Assembly: GCA_964036045.1 (NCBI GenBank)
Contig: OZ038378.1
Span: 3,534,001 to 3,598,000, forward strand
Length of the DNA stretch: 64,000 nt
Reading direction: 5' to 3'
Origin: Eutreptiella sp. 'Long Island Sound 2002'
Lineage: Eukaryota; Protista; Euglenida
In this document: in pieces, positions 41,051-54,800 of the stretch
Layout: each line of letters begins with the position of its first letter
Numbering within the stretch: position 1 is the first letter of the stretch
Notes under the pieces: generated by a model
Told to the model about the DNA's origin: nothing
Databases searched by the model: none
Seen by the model: the letters and a program-made list of their open reading frames with translations, nothing else
Position numbers and translations under genes: made by a program

Positions 41051-42771
41051 ACAATTCTCCAAGTTCACATTTTATGTCATGATCCACACATTCATTGGGC
41101 ATTAAAGAACAGAGTTTTGCTATCTTACCTGACTCCACGAATTCCTGTGACCAGGCATCCTGATGCTGCTCACCTTAATGCTCAACGTACCATCCAGGGT
41201 ATGTCTAAGAATCTTGTCCTTCTGGCCAACGACCTGCAAACACAACCCCTACTATTTTTTTCCAACAGCTCCCATATTGTATGGGAATTCCTACAAAAAC
41301 AATACCCCACCTGATGGTGGCTGGGTATCATCAAACATTCATACTCCCAATTTCCTGCACAACTACCCCTGTGGGACATGTTTCTACACACATTACCCTG
41401 GACCCTGCAATGTCCCCCAAAATACTGCATGTTCGACGCGGCCGATCCCGCAGTACAAATTTCTCTGATGCAAACTCCATGCTTTGACATTGTACAGTCC
41501 TGTTTGCCTCCCTTAATCCTCATCTCAGTGTTTGAAACCAAGTTTGCTAAATCTGCCATCGCTTCCTTTCTTCCTGCACACTTGTGGCACACTATTCCCA
41601 AAAGACTTGTTTCGATTTTTTGACACTGCACGTGGCACCGTTGAACATTTCTGGTTTGCTATGCCGATTTCAATCCACGCTATTGCTTAGTGACCCCCGG
41701 GGGGGGGGGGTTTAGTTTGGGCCTCGGCCAGGTCTCAGCCACCCACCCACCCACCCATGCACAGCGGACGTTACCCAAGGGCCGTGCGGCCGGGGCACTT
41801 GGGATGCAAAAACAGCCACGTGACTCAGTGGCTTCTCTCATGGGCCGTGCGGCTACCATGCACAGGACCGTCCCGTCGTACGGCGGCTTCGGCAAGGGGT
41901 GGGGAAAGTGGGCCGGGGCAAGCTGAAATAACGTCCGGTGAGACTAGGGGCCCATCCCCCCTGCCTCATGGCCATGAATCGACGTGGCCCGTTTTAAGTT
42001 CCCATGGCTGGGTGCCCAGCGTGAGTTTCTTTTTGGCAGGCTGTGTGGTCAGCTTGAGCTTGGAAGCCCCGCAACTGTGACGCCGGTCGGCCATGGACAG
42101 CTCTGCGGCCCTGGGACCCGCCGTGTGGCGGCGGCTGCTGGGGACAGCCGTGCGGCCGACCCCCTACAACGGCTGTGTGCTGCCCTTCCTGGGCCGCGCC
42201 TCGGTGGTGACGAGGCTTGGCCCCTGCTGCGACGATCCTGAGCCCAGGCACACAGCATCTGTGGCGCTGGTCGGCTATGCACAGCTCTGTGGCCCTAGGC
42301 CCCGACGTGCGGCGGGTGTAGTGGGAGGCAGCACCCCCCCATAGTCCTTGGATTGGTAACGGGACGGGGGCTAACTGTCTCAAGGTGCAGTGCTGCAGCT
42401 GGAGCTCCAGGACTGCTATCGTGCGGCAGTGAAGGAGAGCTGCAATACTTGCAGCAACTGAGAAGGAGTGCTGCAGTGCTTGGAGTAGCTGAGAACGAGT
42501 GCTGCGGTGCTCGCGGAACCGGTGCAACACCCCCCATAGTCCCTGGATTGGTAACAGGATGGGGGCTAGCTGCGTCAAGCAAAGGCGCCACCGCTGCGGC
42601 CTGGGCTCTTGCCATGTGGCAGGTGAGGTGCGGGTTGCACCTCCTCCCCATAGTCCCTGAATTGGTAACGGGACGGGGTCTGGCTGCGTCGAGCTGCCGT
42701 GTAACGGCTGCGGCTACAGGACGTGTGGCAGCTGAGGTGGGGATGGACGTGCGTCCACCCTCCGTGCTGCT

Positions 42772-42995
42772 TTTGGGTAGAACCGAAGGCACTGGGTGTA
42801 TGCCCATGCAAAATTTATTACTTTTGGTAGAACTGAAGGCATGGGGTGTGTGCCCATGCAGAATTTATTGCTTTTGGCAGAACCGGAGGCATTGGGTGTG
42901 TGCCCATGCAGAATTTATTACCTTTCGTAGAACTGAAGGCATTGGGTGTTTGCAAATGCAAAATTTATTCCTTTGACAGAACTCAATACATTGGG
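42772..42995 (+). repeat. 50-bp tandem repeat, about 4.5 copies
   Basis: AGAAC(C/T)GAAGGCA..GGGTGT..GCCCATGCA.AATTTATT at 42779, 42829, 42879, 42929 and 42978. Confidence 0.9.
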
Positions 42996-43336
42996 GGTCT
43001 GTGTGCATAGGGACCTGCATGGGGGCGCGGCTATATGGTTAGCCCCGTAGCTGCCCATGCCGTGTGGCGTGGACAATGACAGTGCGGGGAAGGGGGGAGG
43101 GGGTTCACGGAGCGTCGCACAGGGTGTTGCACTTGCTGCGGTATTGTGCCCCTCTTGCCCGGCCGGGACCGCGGGCAACTGCCTCCTGCTGGACGTGGGA
43201 CGTGGTGTTGACACCATGACACCACCCACCCATGCACCCCCCCCCCCCGGGGGGGTCTATGCCCTCCACCCGCAGTCACATACAAGCAATTGAAAATCTC
43301 TGGAACAACAGAGCAGAATTAACCAGCAAAAAATTG

Positions 43337-43418
43337 CCGCCACTGGGCTGGGAACCCAAGCCCTTGAATTTACAGTCAACTCTTGGTTAGGGTTAGGTAG
43401 CCAACTCAACTAACAGCC
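43337..43418 (-). other. Degenerate tRNA-like sequence (possible SINE head) containing CCTAACCCTAACC
   Basis: Minus strand shows an A-box-like TAGTTGAGTTGG, an anticodon-arm-like TTGA-CTGTAAA-TCAA and a weak B-box GGTTCCCAGC. It does not form a canonical cloverleaf. Confidence 0.35.
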
Positions 43419-44540
43419 AGTTCTGACTGTCAAGTGCAACAAAGGGTTGAAACCTTTGACACAGTATGAAAAAAAAGTGAAAAATGTGTGAAATATGCAG
43501 ACAGGTCTTAGAGCCCTGCACAACCCAAATCCCAAAAAAAGCGCACCCGCACCCCGGGGGGGGGGGTGCCTGGTGGCCCAAAATGCTGAAGTTTGGGGCT
43601 AACCCACCCACCCATCTCTACACCCCCCCCCCCCCGGGGGGGGGATTTTGCCCACTAAGCAGTAGCCTGTTTCAATCCGTCACACCGTTTCTGCTATGCT
43701 GTACACCATCACATCATATTTCCACTTCTCTACCTCCCTTGCGACTCTCCGCACGCTCTTCCTCCATTACTACCGCACTCATAAGACCACAAAGAGATGT
43801 GCGTTACCAGCATCCCTACATCCAGTTCTACAACATATTGTTTTTTTCTTTTTGCAATTTCACCCTACATTGAAAGTCATAAAACACCACAAGGAGTACA
43901 TCCGCTAGGAGGGCGAGGACGTCATAAAGCAGCCAAACGGTGCCGCTTTGTTGATAATCAAACCACACCACACACTTGACACAGAGAAAGCCTTCTCCTC
44001 TTATAGGAAGTGGCAAAACATCCGCTACTGAAGTGCCGCTGCACACGGAAGTGATGCAGGGGTTTTGTGTGTGTGTGAATGATTGATGCCGCGCTCCTGC
44101 ATTTGTTTTGTGCACAACCATGGTCCTTCTTGTTGCTTTTTGAATTGATGTATCTTTGTATTTCTCCACCTGCTGTCTCTCTTACTCTATCCAAAGTATT
44201 TGTGCTTTGTCTCTTTTGATTCTTTATCACCCGACAACATGAAAAACCACGTTATGCATATTGACAATGGTGTCAATTGATTTCTTGCAACATCAAATGT
44301 TTGGCTATAGGCTAGATCGAGAAAACATGGTTCAGATACACGGTTGCCAACTGTCAATTTCATGGAATGCATGTTTGTCGTTGATTGGTTAAAGAATTGA
44401 TTCCGATTCAATTGATGCTATCATTGATCCAAAGACTCTTTATGCTATTCAATTGCAAACCGACTTTCACGATGTCACATTGGACTCGGTGACATACCGT
44501 CACTTTCTGAAGGACACATGTCTTGTTGAGAATCGACTTT

Positions 44541-44624
<84 letters not shown>
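44541..44624. repeat. Compound (TC)n(TG)n microsatellite
   Basis: Directly visible. Confidence 0.97.
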
Positions 44625-44625
<1 letters not shown>

Positions 44626-45238
44626 CTGAAACAAAAAAGATACCTTCCTCATTATATTCTTCAGCAATAGCACCCGTTGCACTGTGATTCCCAATTTTGT
44701 TCGGTAGGTACACAATGACAAAAAGTTGCACCAAATAATTCAATACTTTGAATGCAAGTGGTCGGTGTGCAATCCACACACAAAACCATTGCCCACCTGT
44801 AGATGTGAGCAATAGCCGAGCCCTAGAGGCGGTGCTGGGCGGTGTCCCCCGATGAGCCAGCGGACCTCTCCACTGATGGGGAGTTGGAGCTGGTTGAGGG
44901 GTATCCTTTCAACACTGCATATCCCAGCATGAGGGAGGAGGCAAGGACCAAGCCTATTGGGAGGTGGACGCCATCGTCTCTGGCTCCTATGGAGGCAACA
45001 CCTTTGTCAACAAGGTGCTACACCACATGGCCCGCCATAATGAGCCCATCGGGGGGAACCCCCTCACCCACGGGGACAACTTTCGCGGCAAGGCCAGAGA
45101 CGGGCCGATCAAGTCGCTAGGGAACCCCCGAAGCCCAAGGAGAGCATGCGTAGCACTCTGCAAAAGGAGCTCGGCCCAAGTCCACCGAGCTCACCCACTG
45201 AGGTGAAGCCGAAAGTCATGTCCGATGAGTGATGAAAG

Positions 45239-45960
45239 ATGCAAACACTTAGGGCCCGCTTGAAGGAGAAGTATGGAGAGACTTTCTTCAGCGGTAAGCC
45301 CGTTTTACCACCACCGGCCCAAAGAGTGAGCTGGGTGTATAGACACTGGGGTACACCCTCCGGGGAGAGCGAAGGGAGGCCATGGAGAAGATCCTTTGGA
45401 ACTTCATCGACCGAGGTTGGTTTGAGCCCTGCCACCTGGTTTGGCCTTCCCCATGCTTCATTGTGCCAGAAAAGGTCGCCGGGGAGTGGCGCCTTGTGTT
45501 GGACTACCAAGGGCTCAATGCGCAGATGCAACATGACAACTACACACTACCCTTCGCAAGGACGTGTTGCAGAAGCAGTTCCGGCGGGGGATCTTCAAGG
45601 TGATTGACCTGAAACATGGTGTTCACCAAATGCATGTGGCAGATGAGTCCCGTACTTGCATATCCATGAGCACCCCTTTGGGCCCTATTCAGTGGAAGGT
45701 CATGCCCATGGGTGTCGTGAATGGGAATGCGGCGCTTCAGCATATGGTGGAGAACTTGCTTGAACCCGTTCGTGACTAGACGGGACCCTTCGTGGACGGT
45801 GTGGCCATCGCGTCGGGGAGCCCCGACATGAGGTACGATGAGCTCTTGGAGGCACAAAAGGGACGTCACCAGAGTGCCGGATCTTAGGGTTCAACACAAG
45901 CTGATGGGTAGCAGTGACAAGGCCACAATTGTTGTAAGCGAAGTGAAGCGTGACACACTG
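45239..45960 (+). mobile_element. Ty3/gypsy LTR-retrotransposon reverse transcriptase remnant
   Basis: WPSPCFIVPEKVAGEWRLVLDYQGLN..DNYTLP, IFKVIDLKHGVHQM, TPLGPIQWKVMPMGVVNG and PFVDG (degenerate YxDD). Carries frameshifts and stops. Confidence 0.9.
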
Positions 45961-46029
45961 CACATCCTCTGCTAATAGCCGTGATGGCCCAATGGAGACC
46001 AATCTCGTTGTTCTAGAACCACTGCTGCA

Positions 46030-46510
46030 TGTCCTAGGCTTGCTTTTTGCACTCCTGGGTGGACCATGTGGTGGTACAGGCTTTACACACCTCTAGCATC
46101 CGGGATTCCGGGATCAACAACCAACCGTTATGGTATGTCTTGTCGTCCTGCTCGGTGACTCCCTTAGGCCACTTCGTCAAGATCCGTCACAACCCGGTAT
46201 TCGGCTTGCAACATCTCGGACTAGGGGTAGTCCTCGGTCCAGTCGTCCTCGATGCACGAATCAGCCAAGAGGCTTGTCGGAGTATTCAGCAGCCGCGGAC
46301 AGGGCCCTATCAGGTCGCTAGGTCCCGAGATTGACCGGAACCTCCACAGCCATGATGACGAAGCAGTTTCCACCCTCCTCTCCCATCGGGTGCTCCTTCT
46401 TGAGGATCCTCTTCGCCTCAGCGGTCTTGTTAGACATGTATGTCATGCCGTCGCTTGCCGAAATGAGGCCGTGGTGGAGACAAAGCTCAGAGCAGTAAAC
46501 ATGCATCTGC
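46030..46510 (-). mobile_element. Gypsy RNase H end / integrase zinc-binding region remnant, inverted relative to the RT
   Basis: Minus strand reads VEVPVNLGT*RPDRALS, EDDWTEDYP*SEMLQAEY and LVVDP..SLYHHMVHPGVQKA (HxxxxHPGxxK). Confidence 0.55.
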
Positions 46511-46559
46511 CACTATTATTGGCTCCTCTTGTCATGCGGACCACGGCATCAATTCGCAG

Positions 46560-47620
46560 TACATACGGGTAGGAAGGATGATGCCCTTGCCAAAGAACGG
46601 GAAGCCCAAATCCGTTCCAAAACCTACCACAAAATTTGTTCCAAAGCTAGCCTCAAAGGGCAAGCATGTCCCATCAAAATGAGGTACAAGGTTGGGAAAG
46701 GCTTCTATGCTACAACACTAGATGCTCTTGATGGCCATAACGACAACAAGGCAGAAGATTGGTGTGCGGTGTGTGGGCAGATTTTTTTGAGCATGTTGCC
46801 CATGACACCCCAAGCCCATCCAGGAGATTGGGCGAGGTTTTTGAGCTCTTGAGACCATTCCTTCGAGGGTGGGTTCCGGTGATAATAGGGACGTGCACAC
46901 TCCTTGCGCGCATCAAATCTCCCCCCACAATATGCAAATTGTTGCTTGCAAGGTGCACCACGGGTGTGCCCGCATGCTTGCCATCATGCCTATGGCACGC
47001 AAGCACGGCGTTGCCTCAAAACGAGGTTGGCATCGGACTGCCGTTTTATGATTTGCCTTGTTCTTTGGGACCGCGGCCCTGCTTGATCAAACGGGAGGTG
47101 CGTTGGTTGCAGCCTCTTCTTCCCTTCTCCGTTGCACGCTGTTCCGCCTTCAAGGGCGCGCAAGAAGAGCATATGTGCTGATACCAAGTTTCATCGACGA
47201 AGGAGCACATACCATTTGAAATACAGCTCAGTCGATACAACTGTGACTTTCATACATAGACCGCCCCTTTTTTCATTGCTTGAGCCAATTTGTGTTTGAC
47301 GTCGGCCAGGGGATGATATCTTCCACTAAACAACCTTTTGGTGAATAAATGCACCAAAGTAGGACAATGAGAGTGGCAGCAATAGAAACAATGCCACCTA
47401 CCCAACCACACAACGTCAAAATGTGCCTAGACCATCTAAGAGTCACAACATGCACCATGAAAGAGACATACGCAACACATTGTCCATATTTGCGCCCTTG
47501 GCTTGCTTTGGGAGTCCGAGCGAAATACAAACTGCAAAGTTGCATGAGCAGCCAATGGCGTTCGTTTACAATAAAAAAAAGGTGACACACCCGAGTCTCA
47601 ACATGCCTTGGTGTTCCCAT
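46560..47620 (+). pseudogene. Possible Mutator/FAR1-like transposase relic
   Basis: CSKASLKGQACPIKMRY..LDGHN resembles a FAR1/WRKY-like finger. VDTTVT and CLDH may be core motifs. Highly degenerate. Confidence 0.3.
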
Positions 47621-49069
47621 AGCTTGGCCACGTGAGGCTCGGTAAGGGCAAGAAGTGCAAATCAGATTTAAGCTTACTGTTTAGCTTATTTAATACATCG
47701 GTCAAAGACTTTGTTGTGGAGAAATCTTCCCAGTGGTCAGATGCACACTTTTCTCAGTGGCCTTGCCACCCTAAACCGGGAAAATTGTGGGCGCCTTATT
47801 TACTGCGGAACCTTCCGCCGAGACAGAGTGAGAGTAAACAATCTACGTGTACCAAGGTTCCGCCTACACCTTCACTTAGCTCACCTTAATCAAGAGACGG
47901 TTGTCCAGCATGCCAATTGCAAAAAGAAAAAAATGGCAATTAAGAAAGAGCAAACCGTGGTCCTGCGGATGGTCCCTTAGGACTTGAGTGTGATTTATTT
48001 CTTTGCACTCATCCGCCTTCTTTGTGGAGTTCACCAGCAGCACCAAGCAATGTTTGGAGCAATGTGCCCCTATTGTCACATGCTTCTGCTGAGCAGTCTT
48101 CTACGCGAAACCACGAAGAGGGCCAAGTGGAGAGGATAGGGCACTACCGTGAACACTAATTGTGGCCCATACACTAGTGATTTTGAACTGTGAGTGCTTG
48201 TTGTATTCCCAAGGGTGCATAAGAGGCTAATACAAGAATACAACCATGCTCAACGTGAAAGAATACCCCCAAAAAGTGATGCGCTCCTTGGAACCTACTT
48301 GGCTCCTCAGTAGCTTGCGGTTCCGGTGGAGCCAAAAGACGAGCTCTTGAAGAGCACCGCCCGCGGAGACGAGCTCCTGCGGAGTGGAGACGAACTTCGC
48401 AGGAGCCGTGGGGACGAGCACCGTAAGAGCTAGAGCCGGGGATGCTCCGGTGCAGCATAGAGCACCACCCTCCTTGTGCACCTTTTTGATGTCCTTGTTA
48501 ATTGTTATCACAAAAAAAATGAAAATGTTGGTTGCATCTCAAATGTCATGCATGTGTCAATGCATAGAAACTATCAATTACTATGTTTTTTATATGCCAT
48601 GGAATGCAAAGGGTAGGTCCTGTATGCAACGGTACTATTGATGTGCTAGGTTGTGTTTCTGAAATCAAAGATAAAGTTATGTGCAAAATGGAAAAAGAGA
48701 TTTGTGTTCCTTGTCTTTTGGGTTGTTTTTAAAACAACCCATGACCGCTAACTAAACTAAAAAGCCAACCTCAACTAAAAGACCAAACCAAACCAACTAA
48801 AAGAACAACTACCTGAAAAAGAAACAATGTACAATCTTTCTAACAAAACAGAAACCAAAAAAAAAATCCGCTTACCGATGACGACTTGTGAAAATTGTAG
48901 ATCAAAAATAAGGTAAAGGGACCGGTTCATCCCCGGTGACCAGTTCAGCCCCACCCTGGGGATTATCAGGGCAGGGTAGGGATGCATACAACGACCCCTG
49001 GGGATAAAAAGGGCATCCCCGGGGATAAAGAGGGCACACCCTAAAACACCAAAAACCCTACAAAGCATG

Positions 49070-49740
49070 TGTCACCTATTTTCCTTTACAAACCGTGTAA
49101 ATTTTAATGTTTTTGTTTCTCGTAAAAGGTTGCACTTCTTTCTTTTGTAAAACCATGCAGAGGGTTATGTTTCTTAAAACCGTGCAATGTGTTTTCTTCG
49201 TACCCAAAGTTGATGACTTGTGTTTTGTAAAAGCATGCAACGTTTGTTTTTGTTTGTTAGACCCATGTACTATTTCTTTTTGTTGCAAAGGGTTGATGTC
49301 CCCTGTTTTGTACAACCATGCAGAGTTTTATTATTTTTGAAAACCTTGTAATGTGTTTTTATGTAGGAGGTTGCAGTCCCCTATTTTGTAAAACCATCCA
49401 AGGTTTAATTTTTTGTAAAACCATGAAATGTTTAATTTTTTGCAAAATGAGGCAATGTTTGTTTTTCGGGCATAAGGTTGCAGTCTTTTGTTTTAGAAAA
49501 CCCTCCAAGGTTTCTTTTTTTTTTCCAAACTTTGTACTGTTTTTATTCTTGCAAAAAGAGGGTTGTCTCCCATTTTGTAAAACCATGCAAAGTGTTTCTT
49601 TTTTTAAAACCGTGCAACGTTTTTTTCTTGCAAAAGGTTGCAGTATTCCCGTTTGTAAAACCATGCTTGATTTTCAAAATTAAGGAATGTTTTTTTTTGG
49701 TAAAACGTGGCAATCTCTTGCTTTGTAAAACTGTGCACTG
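49070..49740. repeat. AT-rich degenerate tandem repeat (TTTTGTAAAACCATGCA core)
   Basis: The core recurs more than 10 times at about 40-60-bp spacing. Confidence 0.85.
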
Positions 49741-50045
49741 TCTCCCTAGCACACTTGCACAGAGCAACGCGGTGACAGTTTCTGAATGCTCCCATACACC
49801 TGTTGCAAAGGTACTTAAAGCACTGAGACAGCTTATGGACATAAGCATGTACCTGGCTGAAAGTGTATGGCTTTGCACTATTGATGACCGCGCCTAAAAG
49901 CACAATCATTTTAAGTGTGCCAGTGTGTCCCATGACATATATACTCTAGAAGTCATGTACTCTACAAGTCTTGTACACAATGTAATAGCCATGCCATACA
50001 TGGCACAGTGGCATGAGGGAAGGAGAGGACATTAGAAGCACATTT

Positions 50046-51830
50046 TTACTCTGAGTCGATGTCCATGGACGAACCACTGTCATGCGTCATGTAGCATGCG
50101 AATGCGGAGGCATTAGCTTCGTAGTCGCTGGACGTGTCGCTGTCCGTCAATTGACGCTTGGCCGCACGCTGAGACCGTTCATCACACTGACGGGCACACT
50201 TTTCATTTCGTGACCCTTCGGCGAAGGCGTTCGTGTGGGAGCGTCTCAGCCTGCTATTGGTGTGCGGTGCAGCAGATGCTTCGGCAGATGTGCGTGCCCG
50301 TTTAGCAACGGGCTCCGTTTGCTGTGCCTGAGCATGTGTGCCTCTGTGTCTTGCTTGCCTGAAAGATTTGCGGCGCGCCTTGGCTTCCTTTTGCTGATCA
50401 CATTCTTGCTGCGCAGCCTGCGCGGCTGCAAGGAAGCTGGTCTTCGTGACCCATCCGCCAAGGCGCAGCGTCGTTGCATCATCCTTTGTTTCCATGGTGA
50501 TGGTCCGTGCGGTTGCTTGGGATCCCATTTCTCTGGTGGTAACTGGGGAGTCTTGGGATGCGGAGGACTCTTGAGATGCGGGACAGATGTCACTTGCAGG
50601 TACAATACGGGATGCCAACTGCGCAAGGAGCTCCAAGGACTTGGCATCTGCCTCCTCCTATTTAGGGCCCCGACGTTCCACAGGGGTGTGGCGTAAGAAG
50701 GTCTCCACGCTGTGCGGTACAAGGCCTGTAACGCGGAATGCTGTACGGACCTTCTCACCGGCGTATGTTTGATACCACACCTGCTCAACGAAGGAAACGA
50801 ATCTGGCCACACCCAGGCTCCTCCCAAGGTTGCTCTTGATGAAGTGGTCCTGCAGCTGCCGGTACCGGCACTTGACACCACGAAACAGTGCACGGTCAAG
50901 AGGTTGGAATATGTCTGTAGCGTGACTTGGGAAGAAGACGACGGAAACACCGGCCTTCTTGCACACAGTCAGACCTCTCACTCCAAGATGTGTCCTTGAG
51001 CCGTCCAAGAACACCACGATCTTGTTGTAGGGATTACAGAGCGGATTCAACCTCGGAACCAGGACTTGCTCCACCCACTCAACAAATATCTCACTACTCC
51101 CCTTCCCAGTCTTGGTGTCAAACAACAGAGTGGGCGGTAGAGTCTCTCCACTGGCAACCACTGCTGCAATGACAGTCACACCTTCCGCTGATACCCCTGC
51201 CGCCGCGGCACTAATCTCCGACCCCTTGTGCTGTACACCTTGCGTGCCGCTGCCCTGGTGATGAAGTTCTGATGGAAAGAGGTCTCATCCATGTTCACGA
51301 TGTACCGGCCGTCGTAGTCCACCTCTGCAAAGGCCTTGGAGGCCCCACCAAAGAAGTCTCGCCACTGATCTTCGTCCAAGCGACTGTCAGCACGCTGACT
51401 CTCCACCAGGCTTGGGGTACGGCTGACCACCTCCGTGTTGCATGCTTTGAATAGGCGCCACCACTTGTTGCCTGACCCCAGCTTGAACCCGTGCTCCTCT
51501 GCATGTCTGCGTGCCTCCTCCACCATGTCCACCTTGTATGGGTCAAGGAACTCAGCAGCTGCTGCTCCAACCACTTCCTCATGTGGTCGTCTCGCACTCT
51601 GGGCGGCGGCCCAGGCCGTCCCATCAGCACAGGCTCACTGTTCATGAAGCGGAGCAGGTTCTTCTTGATGGTCTTCTTGTCCACGGTGAACAGCCTCATG
51701 GCTTGCCTCAATGATCCATGCCCAGCGGCAACCCAAGCGACGGCCTCTTCCTGGTTTGTGGTGTGCTGCGGCAGAGGATAGGATGCGTAGGGCTCGTGTT
51801 CCGTTCCGTTGATGCTTTTTCACTTGCGTT
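50046..51830 (-). mobile_element. pogo/Fot1-type (DDE_1) Tc1/mariner transposase pseudogene
   Basis: HTH MRQAMRLFTVDKKTIKK; CENP-B HTH GNKWWRLFKA; catalytic IVNMDET, VFLDGSRTH and FFPSHATDIFQPLD. At least two frameshifts, plus a TAA at 50658 followed in frame by a charged tail. TIRs were not found. Confidence 0.9.
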
Positions 51831-54800
51831 TGCCTCTCATACCGGCCTTAGAACGCCCTTTTGGCAGCGCTTCACAGGCGTTCCTGATTTTGCGGCGAGC
51901 TGCAGCTCTACCGATACGGGATCCCAGTCGCATTATCTAAAATTAAAAAAAAGAAAGAGAAATCAGTCTTGGAATCGAATATTTCGCGCAGTGTTCATTT
52001 CGCCTTTACGTGGTGACATTAGGGCTTACGTAACTTTGCGGCGCTAATTTACGCAATTTTGCGCGGTCTCATCTGGCAATTTACGTGATCGCCAGATGGA
52101 TCTCGATTATTTTTATAATGTTCGAAATAATGTTTCTTTGATTATAAATCGTCATTTCCTGATAACATTATTTGCCTGGCGATTGTGCGCCGCGACAATG
52201 GGTGTCTAACTGGTCCCTTTACCTTAGTGCAGAACCAAATTGAGAACTTCAGAGCTGTCCTCGAACTTAACTCTGTTCAATGGCCAACAAACACCACCCT
52301 CCTAAACTATATTCAACCGCCAAGCAACCTATGCCACCGATCTTGCCTGCCCCCCCTCCCCCAATATCTCAACCGCCCACACCCACTGTTAACGCTCTGC
52401 CATCTGCAGCTTTTTGCCCACCCACCACATTAATCCTCATTTTCTAACCTCAGCTGTCTCACAGTCGCTCTTCCATTACAACCATCATCTTCATCAACCC
52501 ACTAGCACATAACAACACAAGCACCTCCACAGCAACAACTTTCACTACACTTAGTCACCACGCACCACACAACACAACACCGCAAATCACACTGCACGGG
52601 AGAATAAATTTGTTTCAGCGAGTTTCAGCCAGTACCAGTGCCATTGTGGTAGCAGACGTTACTGTTCCCACTCTTTCCCCCTCTTTTTCTACTCCTTGTT
52701 CCCTTGCACGAAGCAGCAACAAGAGCTACAGAACTGAGCAAAAGCAATTATGTTATTGCAGGACAAATTCGGGTTCTATCTTCTTCAGACTGACGGAATT
52801 CCTAGTCCATCATACGCCCATTTTTGCTTGCGCCTTTTTTCTGCCCCTTGTTTATTGAATCCAAATGCAATGACAGTTACCCTTCATGTTTTTCTGTCTG
52901 TTATTCTTGCCCCCAAAGGGCCATATATCTCTTTGCACTCGCCTCAAACCACAGGAGATGCACCTGCAGGGTTTTGTATTTTGACCCACTTCAGCCACTG
53001 GTGCACCCTTTTGCAATGAATTCTCACCCTGAGTAGGTCTGTACATACCTGCAGCTGTCCGTCGGTGAACTTGGGCTCGCCATGAACGTATGAGTGCCCG
53101 TGGTTAGGCCACTTCAGTGCATTGTGTTCGGCGGGGGACCGCCATCCCCCCCCCCCCAGAAAAGATACATCTTGAAGAAGTTCCGATGGCAACACAAAAC
53201 TGGGAATTTCTGGTTCAAGCAGCGGAATGCGCAGGAGAAGGAATGAGTGGAGACGCCTATTTGGCGGCTCGCCACTTGCCCGGGCGGAGGTCCAATTATT
53301 CGGGTACCAAAAATGGCCCATCCTACCAAAAAACTGTATTCTCCTGATGAATTTTTTGTCAGACCCCGGTTTAGTGTTGTTGTTGTTGTTCTTGGGTTGA
53401 CCCTCCTCTTTTGCATTCTTTTTATTCAAAAACAAGCCTGCCAGCACGGGGTCAGGGGGTCAATTGGCATGCAAGACCCTGGCCATGAAGACTGGCGTAG
53501 AGAATGCATCCTCTACTAAACTATCCTGTTGCAGTGTTGCCCACGTACAGGGAGGGGCAAAACTTTGAATGGGAGTTATTATGCCGGGGAAAATTTTGTG
53601 CGGGGCAGGGGGGTGGATTTCACAACCCTTGGACCTCCAAAACCTCAAACTGCCTCACAGCCACCCAGATGTACAAATTTCGCCAAGGGGACATTGCCCC
53701 CCCCCCCCCTGTATCTTGCTATCATCCACTGTGCCCTGGTGAGCTGAGGGCCTCATCCCAACTCACGAAAGGACACAAGAGTTCCGAAGGGCAGTGTCCC
53801 ACCTGCACTACTCACCTCATTCTTGCTCTCCATCCGCAAGGTGAACTTGAGTGGGCGGATGCACATGCCTTAGTTACGGCCCGATGCACTGGCACCGGGC
53901 GCACTGCGCTAGCCGTTTCCCCCTTTGTCAACGGAGACTAGGAATCAGGCCGCCGCATGCCCACAAACGTCCGCCCCCACGTTCTGCCCACACAACACAT
54001 CCTCTCCGGAAATGGCTGAATGGCTGCCAAAAGGCACCAGGACGGGCTCGTAGCGCCTCCCAGAGTTCCACTTAAGGGTGGCAGGGTGGGTCCAGTGGGA
54101 GGGGGGGTGCCTCCCCCCTCCCCACCACTCATGAAGTATTGGAGGGCAATTTGCGGACCAGCCCAGAAATCCATTTACCGAAGCACCACCCAATCCCGTA
54201 CTGTGTTGCACAACGGGGGTGCCAAGCCTTTGTCTTCATGGCTGCAGGGTGAAGCGCAACAAAAGGACAGGAAATGAGGGGCCCTAGCAGCGTACACGGG
54301 TTATAAGGAGCCACACCACTTATGCTCTGGAAACTTGCGCCGACAGCGGAGAGAAAAATTTGGCCCAATCACAAAAAGGGGTTGGTGGGTGGAGGGGGGG
54401 CTGGATGGTCTGGGACTCCCCCCCCCCCCCCCACACACACACCGTTTCTGAGTTGTTAAGTGGAGCTCTGGCCCCCTCCCCTCCCTCGCGTTGCGCACTG
54501 ACCAAAGCACTGGTCAAGAAGTGCCTTCTCTGATGCGGCTTGTTACACAACGGTCTTTTCCAACGTGCGCACCGTAAGGCTTGCTGTATAAAATCTTTAG
54601 AGCACAACGGAGCACAAGATGGGAGGGTGAAGCAGGGATGCATTGAAAGAGAGGAGGGGGGGGGGTTGGCCCGGATCCCCCTCCTCCGATGGCCTGCGCC
54701 GAAAAAAACGGGGCCTAAATTCTCTTGCGCCAAAGGCGCGGAAGAGAAATTTGACTAGGCCATAATGGAGGCGGGACCCCGACTGGATCATGCATAAGAA

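Noticed and set aside
43385-43397. Chromosome end suggested by TTAGGG
   Set aside because: Only about two units are present and they are internal, so this is not a telomere.
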